DNA of 46,301 bases, taken from IMG/VR virus record IMGVR_UViG_3300045988_085846, positions 1-46,301 of that record. One strand, 5' to 3'. Under the pieces are notes generated by a model. The model saw only the letters and a program-made list of their open reading frames with translations. It searched no databases and had not been told where the DNA came from. Source of the stretch: a virus. The translations under genes were made by a program, and so were the position numbers. This document shows, in pieces, positions 34,331 to 42,940 of this stretch (the stretch's first letter is position 1; each line of letters starts with the position of its first letter).

Positions 34331-35006
34331 GATCGTCAAAGGCCGGATCACCGGCTATGATGAGCGGACAGGGGAGTTGTTAATACGGGCACCATATCCC
34401 GATTGGACAACGATGGTTAAGCGGGAATTTAAGAACTGCTTAGTGCAGCCAATAGACAGCCGCCCACTCTCCGACAAGCAGCGCCGCGCCTGCTATGCGT
34501 TAATCGGTGAGATAGCCGACTACACCGGGGAAGGCAAGGACCCCACCAAAGAGCGAATGAAACTTAAATACTTGATGGAGGATACCCATTCTATGGGGGA
34601 AACGCTGTTTTCCCTATCCAACGCCCCTATGTCCCTGGTGTGCGGATTTCAACGCTTTCTTGTGCGGTTCATCTTAGATTGGCAGATTCCTACCAGGTTC
34701 CCTTTGCTGGATATGGTGGATGATACCGGGGATTACCTGTACCATTGCCTTCTGACAAAAACATGCTGTATCACGGGCCGACCGGCCCAACTACATCATG
34801 TCCAGCGCGTGGGCGCAGGGCGAGATAGGACGGACATAGTGCATGAGGGGATGGAGGTTTTACCTCTGTCCCCGGAGATGCACCAGTTGGCCCACACCAT
34901 GCCGGACAGCGAGTTTTTCGAGAGGTACCACCTGCCGGATGGTATCATCCTGGATAAAACACTCTGCAAGGTCTGGCACCTAAAAACCAAAAAGAAAGAA
35001 GGATAA
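34314..35006 (+). CDS. putative HNH-type nuclease (HNHc_6-like)
   Basis: CCITGRPAQLHHVQRVGAGRDRTDIVHEGMEVLPLSPEMHQLAH; position between the annealase and SSB. Confidence 0.5.
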   Translation: MKPPLEIVKGRITGYDERTGELLIRAPYPDWTTMVKREFKNCLVQPIDSRPLSDKQRRACYALIGEIADYTGEGKDPTKERMKLKYLMEDTHSMGETLFSLSNAPMSLVCGFQRFLVRFILDWQIPTRFPLLDMVDDTGDYLYHCLLTKTCCITGRPAQLHHVQRVGAGRDRTDIVHEGMEVLPLSPEMHQLAHTMPDSEFFERYHLPDGIILDKTLCKVWHLKTKKKEG

Positions 35007-35009
35007 CCC

Positions 35010-35405
35010 ATGGTAAATCACATGATCTTACAGGGCCGTTTGGTGGCCCAACCCGAACTTCGGCACACTCAGAGCGGTGTTGCTGTTGCGTCGTTCCGGG
35101 TGGCTTGGAGCCGCAAATACAAGGAAACGGAAACCAAACTGTTTCTGAACTGCGTTGCATGGCGGGGTACCGCCGAGATGCTCTGCAAGTATTTCGGCAA
35201 GGGCCAGGAGATCGTCGTAGAGGGCGAGTTGAACACTCGCGGCTACACCGACCGGGATGGCAACGATCGGCAGGTTACGGAGCTGATCGTGTCGCAGGCT
35301 CATTTCTGTGGGCCGAAGGGCGGCGGGAGCAACCAGCCGAGCGGGGGTTATCCCGAAAACCAGTTCAATGAGCTGACAGAAGATGATGGTGAACTGCCCT
35401 TCTGA
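35010..35405 (+). CDS. ssb: single-stranded DNA-binding protein
   Basis: OB-fold N-terminus (ILQGRLVAQPELRHTQSGVAVASFRVAW...), Gly-rich linker, acidic tail DDGELPF. Confidence 0.9.
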   Translation: MVNHMILQGRLVAQPELRHTQSGVAVASFRVAWSRKYKETETKLFLNCVAWRGTAEMLCKYFGKGQEIVVEGELNTRGYTDRDGNDRQVTELIVSQAHFCGPKGGGSNQPSGGYPENQFNELTEDDGELPF

Positions 35406-35435
35406 TAGGGCGGTTCCGGGAGGGGAACAACCAAG

Positions 35436-36149
35436 ATGTTGCCTTATATCAAAATTTACCGGGACTTCATCGACGTGGCCAAAGAGCTTGACGATGACGA
35501 ACGCGGTAGGCTATTTCTAGCTATCATGCAGTACGCCAACGGCGAAGAAGTCCCGCCCCTGAAAGGGGCAGAGAAAATTGCGTTTGTCGTTCTTCGATCC
35601 CAAATCGACCGAGACGATGCCGCACACGATGAATACATCGAAAAGCAACGGGAAAATGGGAAGCGTGGCGGACGCCCAAAGAAAGGCAAACCAGAAAACA
35701 AAAACCCAAAAAACCCAACCCTTAAAAAGCAAAACCCAAAAAACCTTGATATAGACATTGACATAGACACTGACATAGACACTGACGTTGATATAGACAT
35801 AGACGGAGAAGATAGCGCGGAGCCGGAAACCGTCTCCCCGCCGGTTATCTCCCTGCCGCTGAATGATGGGAGCTTTTACCCAATCTCCCAGGAGCAGTGC
35901 CATGAATGGGCGGGCCTGTACCCTGCTGTCGACGTGATACAGCAGCTTCGGGGTATGGTTGGCTGGTTGAATGCCAACCCAAGTAGACGGAAAACGAAAC
36001 GCGGCATCAACGCATTTGTCAACCGGTGGTTGTCCAAGGAACAGGATCGGGGCGGCAGTAAAACGCCCCCTACCAAGAGCGGAACGGGGTTTGAAACGTC
36101 AAACCCATTCCTGGAATTGCTGAACGAGGAGCGTGGATTGAGTGGATAG
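35436..36149 (+). CDS. replication initiation / replisome organiser-like protein
   Basis: N-terminus YIKIYRDFIDVAKELDDDERGRLFLAIMQYANGEE; carries internal iterons (DIDIDIDTDIDTDVDIDID). Confidence 0.5.
   Translation: MLPYIKIYRDFIDVAKELDDDERGRLFLAIMQYANGEEVPPLKGAEKIAFVVLRSQIDRDDAAHDEYIEKQRENGKRGGRPKKGKPENKNPKNPTLKKQNPKNLDIDIDIDTDIDTDVDIDIDGEDSAEPETVSPPVISLPLNDGSFYPISQEQCHEWAGLYPAVDVIQQLRGMVGWLNANPSRRKTKRGINAFVNRWLSKEQDRGGSKTPPTKSGTGFETSNPFLELLNEERGLSG
35747..35806. repeat. 12-bp iteron array inside the replication gene (candidate ori)
   Basis: tgacatagacac x2 exact (35759-35782) flanked by degenerate copies; preceded by two aaaacccaaaaaacc A-tracts (35700-35745). Confidence 0.6.
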
Positions 36150-36879
36150 AACTGAAACCCTAGCTATCATGTCTGTGTTGAAAGCAGCTTATCCCAGCTA
36201 CTACCGCGATATGAAGCGGGCTGATGCCGAAAGCGTAGTTGCCCTGTGGGCAGAGATGTTTGCTGGCGATGATTATGCTGTCGTTGCTGCCGCTGTGAAG
36301 GGCCTGATTTCCACGAAGACGGATTCTTTCCCGCCCCCCATCGGGGCTGTGAAAGCCAAAGTCCGGCAGATTTCCAACCCGGACGAGATGACCGAGCAGG
36401 AAGCGTGGACACATATCGCCAAGGCGTTGCGGAACAGTAGCTACAACGCGGAAAAGGAATTTTCCAAACTGCCGCCCATTCTCCAGGATGTGGTGCATGC
36501 GCCCCAACAGTTGCGAGAGTGGGCGCGGATGGATGAGGCAACCGTGCAGTCCGTGGTTGCATCCAACCTGCAGCGCAGTTTTCGAGCAAAGGCCCAGAGC
36601 AGGCGGGATTTCGAGGCCCTGCCCAAGGACGTGCAGGCGCTGGCAAAAACATTTGCCGCCGCTCTGCCACAGATGCCGGAAGAACCAAAACCGGCGGCAT
36701 TGCCGCCCAGGGTGCGGACGGTGGAGGATATCAAAGCCGACATGGAAAAAACGCGGGAAATCTTGATGCAGCAGGCCGGGACGAAAAAGAAACCTGCCGC
36801 CTACACCCCGCCTACGCCGGTTGATTGGGAACGGCAGAGACAGGATGCGTTGCGTAGATTCCGGGAGGTGGCGCAGTGA
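36142..36879 (+). CDS. helicase-loader-like protein (G39P-like N-terminus)
   Basis: LAIMSVLKAAYPSYYRDMKRADAESVVALWAEMFAGDDYAVVAAAVKGLI...FPPPIGAV; start GTG 36142 or ATG 36169. Confidence 0.4.
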   Translation: MDRTETLAIMSVLKAAYPSYYRDMKRADAESVVALWAEMFAGDDYAVVAAAVKGLISTKTDSFPPPIGAVKAKVRQISNPDEMTEQEAWTHIAKALRNSSYNAEKEFSKLPPILQDVVHAPQQLREWARMDEATVQSVVASNLQRSFRAKAQSRRDFEALPKDVQALAKTFAAALPQMPEEPKPAALPPRVRTVEDIKADMEKTREILMQQAGTKKKPAAYTPPTPVDWERQRQDALRRFREVAQ

Positions 36880-37271
36880 ACGAAGCTAGACGGGTGGCGT
36901 TTTTTACCATCCCCTACCCGGAAACCAAGCGGGGCGTGACGGCGTGGAATAAACGATTTAGCCTGAACGCCTACTATTCCGGGAAAAACTACCACCAGCG
37001 GAAACGTGATGCTGACGATATCCACCTGCTGACTATCATAGCTCTAAAACGGGCTAGAGTGCGGAAGGACCTGGTAAAAACGCCCGTGCAGGTGATTTTC
37101 TACTGGGACGATGGGCTTGATGTAGATAATCACGCCGTCCTGGGAAAGATGATCGTCGATGCACTGAAGGGGTGGATTTTGCCGAATGATAACCGCCGCT
37201 GGTACAGGAAGGTGTCGCATGAATTTTGGGAACGCCGGGAGATCGGCGTGGAGGTGGTTGAATGGAACTGA
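36876..37271 (+). CDS. RusA-like Holliday junction resolvase
   Basis: 131 aa; ...DGLDVDNHAVLGKMIVDALKGWILPNDN... matches the D.DN..K...DAL pattern. Confidence 0.5.
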   Translation: MNEARRVAFFTIPYPETKRGVTAWNKRFSLNAYYSGKNYHQRKRDADDIHLLTIIALKRARVRKDLVKTPVQVIFYWDDGLDVDNHAVLGKMIVDALKGWILPNDNRRWYRKVSHEFWERREIGVEVVEWN

Positions 37272-38050
37272 AATGCGAACTGTACCACGACAATTTCCAG
37301 AACTACAAGCGCTACAACATCCCGAAAGCGCAACTGGTGATTGCCGATATCCCCTACAACATCGGGGCGGACGCCTATGCCAGCAATCCCATGTGGTACC
37401 AGGGTGGTGATAACAAGAACGGAGAGAGCAAGAAAGCCAGGGCGTCATTTTTCAACACGGACGGAAATTTTAGAATCGCAGAATACATGCACTTTTGCAA
37501 TAAGCTGCTGATTAAAGAGCCAAAAGAACGCGGAAAAGCGCCTGCAATGATCGTTTTCTGTGCGTTTGAACAGATGCAAACCGTGATTGAGTACGGCAAG
37601 CGATATGGGTTCAAGAAAAATTACCCGTTGTTTTTTTGCAAAAACTATTCTGCCCAGGTGCTAAAGGCGAACATGAAAATCGTTGGAGCAACGGAGTTCG
37701 CTGTGGTTCTATACCGGGACAAACTGCCAAAATTCAACAACGGCGGACACATGGTATTCAACTGGTTCGAGTGGCGGAGGGATTCATCCCGCGAGTATCC
37801 GAAGATCCATCCAACCCAGAAACCGATTTCTGTTTTACGACGGCTGATTGAGATTTTCACTGATCCGGGTGACGTGGTGATCGACCCGTGCGCTGGCAGC
37901 GCTTCAACCCTCCGTGCCGCTTTTGAAATCGGGCGGAACGCCTATGGTTTTGAGGTGGACAAGAATTTCTACCAGCAGGCAAAAAAAGAAATGCTTGGCC
38001 CTGTGGCTGATATGCAACGGGTGCAACAAATGAGGCTTGCGGGAGTGTGA
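37262..38050 (+). CDS. DNA methyltransferase (N6-A/N4-C, beta class)
   Basis: VIADIPYNIG (DPPY-type motif IV) N-terminal and VVIDPCAGSASTLRAA (motif I) C-terminal; HPTQKP. Confidence 0.8.
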   Translation: MELKCELYHDNFQNYKRYNIPKAQLVIADIPYNIGADAYASNPMWYQGGDNKNGESKKARASFFNTDGNFRIAEYMHFCNKLLIKEPKERGKAPAMIVFCAFEQMQTVIEYGKRYGFKKNYPLFFCKNYSAQVLKANMKIVGATEFAVVLYRDKLPKFNNGGHMVFNWFEWRRDSSREYPKIHPTQKPISVLRRLIEIFTDPGDVVIDPCAGSASTLRAAFEIGRNAYGFEVDKNFYQQAKKEMLGPVADMQRVQQMRLAGV

Positions 38051-38087
38051 ACCATTTCCGTGACCCCACGAAAAAGGAGGAAAACCA

Positions 38088-38660
38088 ATGATCAAAATCA
38101 AGAAAAACAGTACACTTAAAACGACGTGGGCAGAGCTGAAAGACGATATAGAGGCCGCTTCCAACCCGCTGAATGTCGGCGATGAAATCGACATTGTGCT
38201 GAAAACTGGCGAAAAAGTCACGCTGGTGTGCGAACGTGCAGGGCACAGAAGCGCAACGTTTTTCACAAAAAACCTGCTCGAAGATGCCCATTGCATGAGT
38301 GCGAACTGGGCTGCAGAAAATGGAGAGCAGTTGAGCACGATGGAGGCATATCTTGGCAAACTGTTTCGTTTGTTGCCAGACGAGTTGCAGGGGATTATAA
38401 CCGAACCACTTCGGTTGTTGCGCGAGAAAGAGGTTTTTGGAGAAAACGAATACGGAAAGGAAGAAACGTGTGAACCGCTTCCTCGTTACTTCAAAGAGGA
38501 AAACCGGGTTAAAACGCTGACCGGCGTTCCGTTCCCGTATTGGTTGGCGTCCCCGCATGCGTCCAAATCCACGGGCTTTTGCTGTGTGGAAAGAGACGGA
38601 AGTAGCGACTGCTACGGCGCCAGCGGCAGCTACGGCGTTTGTTTCGGCTTTGATATTTAA
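38088..38660 (+). CDS. hypothetical protein
   Basis: 190 aa, SD aaaggagg; ...PYWLASPHAS...GVCFGFDI C-terminus. Confidence 0.5.
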   Translation: MIKIKKNSTLKTTWAELKDDIEAASNPLNVGDEIDIVLKTGEKVTLVCERAGHRSATFFTKNLLEDAHCMSANWAAENGEQLSTMEAYLGKLFRLLPDELQGIITEPLRLLREKEVFGENEYGKEETCEPLPRYFKEENRVKTLTGVPFPYWLASPHASKSTGFCCVERDGSSDCYGASGSYGVCFGFDI

Positions 38661-38711
38661 TCCAAGATCTAAAAATCGCGGGGCCTTGTGCCCCGCATAG
38701 GAGGAAAACAA

Positions 38712-39263
38712 ATGAATGAATTGAACCAATACGGTATTCTGTCCGGGAACGAAATCCGACAGCGCATGGCGTCGGGTGATATCATCATCCACCCCTACAA
38801 CGATCAACAGCTTGGCCCCAACAGCTACAACCTGCGTTTGCTGGACCGGATGCTGGTGTACACAGAGGCTGTGTTGGACCCCAAACGGGACAACCGCACG
38901 CGGGAGATCATCATCCCACAGGAGGGCTACGTTCTGAAACCTGGGCGCGTCTATATAGCGTCTACGGAGGAATGGACTGAGACCCGGAACCTGGTCCCCA
39001 TGCTGGTTGGGCGCTCGTCCGTGGGGCGTCTGGGCCTGGGTGTCCACGTCACAGCAGGGTTTGGGGATGTTGGATTCCGTGGGCGGTGGACGCTGGAAAT
39101 GGTAGCCACCGAACCAGTTAGGGTTTATCCCGGCATGGAAATTTGCCAAATCTATTACCAAACAATCTGCGGTGTAATCCTCGATGAATACGTCGGGAAA
39201 TACGTCGACCAAGAGGCGGCTACTCCGTCCCGGCTGTATCAGGAAATGGGGAATAAGGAATGA
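38712..39263 (+). CDS. dcd: dCTP deaminase
   Basis: GILSGNEI...GDIIIHPY...LGPNSYNLRL...RSSVGRLGL.VH.TAGFGDVGFRGRWTLEM; SD aggagg. Confidence 0.8.
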   Translation: MNELNQYGILSGNEIRQRMASGDIIIHPYNDQQLGPNSYNLRLLDRMLVYTEAVLDPKRDNRTREIIIPQEGYVLKPGRVYIASTEEWTETRNLVPMLVGRSSVGRLGLGVHVTAGFGDVGFRGRWTLEMVATEPVRVYPGMEICQIYYQTICGVILDEYVGKYVDQEAATPSRLYQEMGNKE

Positions 39264-40024
39264 TTGAACTAGATAGCCTGTTCGACTGCCACTGGAACGA
39301 TTTTAAATGCACCAATGGTAATCAGTGCCGTGATTGCAAGCACCAGCCAGCGGATGACGATAAGGTGAACGGACGGCAACCGGCCAGAAAGCTGGACTGG
39401 ATTTCGGGGTACCAGAATGAAAAAATCCCGGTTTGTCCCGCGTGCGGAGATGTGCCTTATTATTTGGAACGTTGCTTTTTCTGCGGGCAGAAATTCCTGC
39501 CAGATGAGCGGACGGAGGAACTGAAAAAGCCGCCGAAACAGGTGCGGACAATCTGCCTTGTGTGCGGTGGGAAGAGTTTGCAAGTTGTTGCCGTAACCAA
39601 GGGCGAAGAAACACGGTATTTTGTCCGTTGCATGAAATGCAACCATGAGGGGCCTTTTAGTTTGCGCAACGACTTGGAAGCAAAAGGGGCTTGGAATGGG
39701 TGCGTCGATGCGTTGGAATACCAGAAAGCAAAACCCACCACCCGCAAAACCATCCTGGACGCCGCTGAAAAGTGCGTGTGCCGGGATAGGCAGGATACGC
39801 ACGGCAGGCCGGAAGACAGCTTTGGTGCTATCGCTGATTTGTGGACAGCGTACCTGGACATTGGCCGCGATATAACGCCGGTTGACGTGGCGCAGATGAT
39901 GATCCTGTTAAAAGTCGGCAGGGCAAAGGAGAACCCGAAACACCAGGACAACTGGGTTGGTATGGCAGGGTATGCGGCCTGTGCAGGGGAGATTGCGGCG
40001 GATGTGTACGGCAATGATTCCTAA
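39260..40024 (+). CDS. zinc-ribbon (Lar-like) N-half fused to a DUF6378-like domain
   Basis: CLVCGGKS...RCMKCNHEGPF...AKGAWNG; C-terminus RDRQDTHGRPEDSFGAIADLWTAYL...DVAQMMILLKVGRAKENPKHQDNWVGMAGYAACAGEI. Confidence 0.45.
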   Translation: MIELDSLFDCHWNDFKCTNGNQCRDCKHQPADDDKVNGRQPARKLDWISGYQNEKIPVCPACGDVPYYLERCFFCGQKFLPDERTEELKKPPKQVRTICLVCGGKSLQVVAVTKGEETRYFVRCMKCNHEGPFSLRNDLEAKGAWNGCVDALEYQKAKPTTRKTILDAAEKCVCRDRQDTHGRPEDSFGAIADLWTAYLDIGRDITPVDVAQMMILLKVGRAKENPKHQDNWVGMAGYAACAGEIAADVYGNDS

Positions 40025-40208
40025 TCCTAACCGTTGCCGAAAATGCGGCAGAGAACCCGTTGTACAGTACATGTACAGAATTGAGGATGATGTAGAGTTG
40101 TACCGGGTTAGATGTGAGAAATGCCAGAACACGGGAGAAACAGAGCCGACCTACGGCCTAGCTGTTTTGTCCTGGAATGATGAAAACAGAAAGGATGATG
40201 TAAGATGA
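40014..40208 (+). CDS. Lar-like zinc-ribbon protein
   Basis: 64 aa; CRKCGREP...VRCEKCQNTGE...AVLSWND. Confidence 0.4.
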   Translation: MIPNPNRCRKCGREPVVQYMYRIEDDVELYRVRCEKCQNTGETEPTYGLAVLSWNDENRKDDVR

Positions 40209-40576
40209 AGGTATTTGTCGGTTATCCATTGTATGGAAATCCCGGAAGCTCGGACGTTATCAAGAATTGGTTACGTGCCGTTTGCGGCGCAGAAGAGGAA
40301 TGGGGGAAGGAAGTCAAAATTATGGATAGCCTTTTCTTGCAACATCCTGATGGCGCACAATCTTCTTGGTTTCTTGGGAAATCAATCGAAACGTTGGTTG
40401 ATGCCGATGCGTTGATCCTGTGCCCTGGATGGGCACATACGCCGGAGTGCAGGATTATGTACGCTGCGGCCACGGAGCTTGATAAGCCGATTTATACCGT
40501 TGCGGAAGATGGAGCTTTGCATAAGGAAATCATCATAAAGCCGTGCTTAAACGGTGTTTGGGGGGTTGGAAAATGA
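40205..40576 (+). CDS. DUF4406 / nucleoside 2-deoxyribosyltransferase-like protein
   Basis: VDADALILCPGWAHTPECRIMYAAATELDKPIY. Confidence 0.5.
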   Translation: MKVFVGYPLYGNPGSSDVIKNWLRAVCGAEEEWGKEVKIMDSLFLQHPDGAQSSWFLGKSIETLVDADALILCPGWAHTPECRIMYAAATELDKPIYTVAEDGALHKEIIIKPCLNGVWGVGK

Positions 40577-40899
40577 AAATCTTTATTTCTCAGCCCATGC
40601 GTGGAAAAACCGACGCCGAAATCCTGGCAGAACGGGAGCGAGCTATCAAGGCTGCTAAGGCCAAGTGGGGTGACGATGTGGAGGTTCTGGAGAGTTTCTT
40701 TCAGGACGCTCCCGCCGAAGCAAAGCCGTTGTGGTTTTGGGACGAGAGTCTGAAGGTCATGGCCGATGCGGATGCTGTTATCGTGTGCAAGGGGTGGAGC
40801 GAAGCAATAGGGTGCAAGGTTGAGATCGTCACCGCAGATGCGTACAAGTTGCCGGTCTTCTTTTTGATCGGCGATAAATTGCGAGGATGCAACGAGTAA
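40573..40899 (+). CDS. DUF4406-like protein (tandem paralog)
   Basis: MKIFISQPMRGKTD...ADADAVIVCKGWSEAIGCKVEIVTADAYKLPVFF; ATGA overlap with the upstream gene. Confidence 0.5.
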   Translation: MKIFISQPMRGKTDAEILAERERAIKAAKAKWGDDVEVLESFFQDAPAEAKPLWFWDESLKVMADADAVIVCKGWSEAIGCKVEIVTADAYKLPVFFLIGDKLRGCNE

Positions 40900-40936
40900 C
40901 CTGTGCAAAAAAAGCACAAGTTGGAAAGGGGAACCA

Positions 40937-42199
40937 ATGATCAAGTTTGAACACACAGAGGTAGTGGGCTGGGAAGCCGCTATCCGGGGGATGAGAAACC
41001 CTCATAACAGCTGGGATAAGTCGGATAGCAAATACCTGCGCCAAGAAGATGGGCATATCATCGCAAGCTGCTACGAAATCGGCCCAAACGACCACGACTT
41101 AATGATGCGCCTGGTGAAAGCTGGCACCGACCACCGCAAATTTATGCGGATGATCGTGGTCTATGTGGATGTTACTGCGCCGCTGTATTGGATTTCTGAA
41201 CTTGATACCTACAAAGTTGGAACCGTCAGGAATAGCTGCAGCTTCATGCACAAAGGCGTATCCAGACCATTTACGATAAGGGACTTCAGTGTATTCGATG
41301 AGCGGATTTACGATGTTCTGTCGAAGCCCGAAAAGACCGTGTACAAAATGACCTATCCGTATGAGACGAGCGACTTCAAACGAGTCGAAATTGAAAACGG
41401 AAGAACATATCGCGTCTACAGAAACGGGCGAGTCGTAAAGGAGAAGTTTGAATACACGGATACATATGGGAGAACAAGACATTTCGAGGAAAAGGAGGTT
41501 TCCGTCTTCCGAAATAAAGGTGGGTATTTCTACATCAGGAAGTCAGGTCGAGGTTCTGGAACCATTCTGCTACACAGGCTTGTTGCCTTTGCATGGCTTG
41601 GAGATGGCGGAAGCAAAATGCAGGTAAACCATAAAAACGGGAACAAAGGAGACAATTCCGTTGAAAACCTGGAATGGGTAACAGCTCGCGAGAACATGCA
41701 ACATGCCATAGGGCACGGGTTATACAAGAACCTGTCAAGTTTGCGTTCAAGATACATCTCGTGGAAAAGCTCTGCGAGTGTGATTCCTGCGAGCAAACGA
41801 ATGGAGTTCTACTCTGACGTTCATTCTGGTTTGCATTACCAGAAGCTCACAGAAAAATACGGGATCACGAAAAGACAGGCGTATAATTCAAAATGGACCA
41901 TGGAACACTCTGAGTACGAAGAACTTTTCCAGATGTGTTATACATGGGAGAGGGTCTTGAATACGATGAACGCTATGCGCGAAGAATACCTAGAGACAAA
42001 GGACCCGAACATATTCCAAGCAATTAGGTGTTTGCTCCCATCAGGATACATGCAGCGTTCTACCTATATGCTAAACTATGAAGTTCTAGCTAACATTTAC
42101 CGTGCTCGGCGCAATCATAAGCTCACCGAGTGGAGGGAGTTCTGCCGCTGGATTGAAACACTCCCGTACTCCGAACTGATAACCGGGGGCGCTGAATAA
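40937..42199 (+). CDS. ThyX-like (Thy1 fold, no RHR motif) protein carrying an in-frame NUMOD4/HNH endonuclease module
   Basis: N-terminus GWEAAIRGMRNPHNSWDKSDS...APLYWISELDTYKVGTVRNSCSFMH and C-terminus LLPSGYMQRSTYMLNYEVLANIYRARRNHKLTEWREFCRWIETLPYSELI flank LLHRLVAFAWLGDGGSKMQVNHKNGNKGDNSVENLEWVTARENMQHA. Confidence 0.65.
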   Translation: MIKFEHTEVVGWEAAIRGMRNPHNSWDKSDSKYLRQEDGHIIASCYEIGPNDHDLMMRLVKAGTDHRKFMRMIVVYVDVTAPLYWISELDTYKVGTVRNSCSFMHKGVSRPFTIRDFSVFDERIYDVLSKPEKTVYKMTYPYETSDFKRVEIENGRTYRVYRNGRVVKEKFEYTDTYGRTRHFEEKEVSVFRNKGGYFYIRKSGRGSGTILLHRLVAFAWLGDGGSKMQVNHKNGNKGDNSVENLEWVTARENMQHAIGHGLYKNLSSLRSRYISWKSSASVIPASKRMEFYSDVHSGLHYQKLTEKYGITKRQAYNSKWTMEHSEYEELFQMCYTWERVLNTMNAMREEYLETKDPNIFQAIRCLLPSGYMQRSTYMLNYEVLANIYRARRNHKLTEWREFCRWIETLPYSELITGGAE

Positions 42200-42741
42200 T
42201 GGCCCTGACAGCGCAGGAAATCAGGCAACGTGATTTGCGGTACAAGAAGCAGAATTACGAATGGGCAAAAGCTAGGGGGCTGTGCGTTCGCTGTATGCAA
42301 GAACGCGCCGCCCCTGGGCGGTATAAATGTCTGGAGTGCTTATCTATCAGCGTAGAGGCAAATAACGCCTGCAACGCCAAGCTATCCCAAGATGAAAAGA
42401 AAAAGCGTGAAGAGCGCAACAGGGAGAGTATGAAAACCTTGTACGCGCAGCGAAAAGCGGCAGGGCTATGTACAGCATGCGGCAAACCGGCCTACAAAGG
42501 GCAGGCGTTCTGCAATGAATGTAGGTTGCGACGCAACAGAAAACACAGAGAACGGTATATACGGAAACCAGTGGGGGAGTGCCGTTACTGCGAACGCCCA
42601 GCGCTACCAGGGCGACAGATGTGCAAAGAGCATTATGAGCGTGATTTGGAGATACTGGAGTACGCTAGATCACAACGTAAAACGGACCCGGTCCGGGATG
42701 CTATCAATGATTTCTGGAAGCTAAAAAAAGCAAGGGGATAA
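42199..42741 (+). CDS. triple zinc-ribbon-repeat protein
   Basis: Three C..C-x(9-12)-C.EC units (GLCVRCMQ...KCLEC; GLCTACGK...FCNEC; GECRYCER...MCKEH). Confidence 0.5.
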   Translation: MALTAQEIRQRDLRYKKQNYEWAKARGLCVRCMQERAAPGRYKCLECLSISVEANNACNAKLSQDEKKKREERNRESMKTLYAQRKAAGLCTACGKPAYKGQAFCNECRLRRNRKHRERYIRKPVGECRYCERPALPGRQMCKEHYERDLEILEYARSQRKTDPVRDAINDFWKLKKARG

Positions 42742-42742
42742 T

Positions 42743-42940
42743 ATGGATGATTTCGATAAGAAGGTTCTTCTTTCGTTGGAAAAGAACCGGATGATGATTA
42801 GCAAGGTGGCGCGGGAGTTGTTTTGCCACCGGCACACTATCACCTATCGCCTGGATAAGTTGAAGAAGGAAACGGGCGTTGATCCGTTGGAAGTGCGGGG
42901 TCTTGTGGCCCTGCTTGATAGAATTGGAGGGCAGGTTTGA
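42743..42940 (+). CDS. small PucR/Fis-type HTH protein
   Basis: 65 aa; MISKVARELFCHRHTITYRLDKLKKETGVDP. Confidence 0.5.
   Translation: MDDFDKKVLLSLEKNRMMISKVARELFCHRHTITYRLDKLKKETGVDPLEVRGLVALLDRIGGQV

Noticed and set aside
37857-39212. 451-aa minus-strand ORF
   Set aside because: It is antisense to three + strand genes with clear motifs (methyltransferase motif I, dCTP deaminase). Its translation is low-complexity with no SD or start context, a typical antisense ORF in GC-rich coding DNA.
40937-42199. Intein in the ThyX-like gene
   Set aside because: The insert has NUMOD4/HNH/HTH motifs but no Hint-domain blocks: no Cys/Ser at the N-junction and no His-Asn followed by Cys/Ser/Thr at the C-junction. 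It is reported instead as an in-frame endonuclease module.
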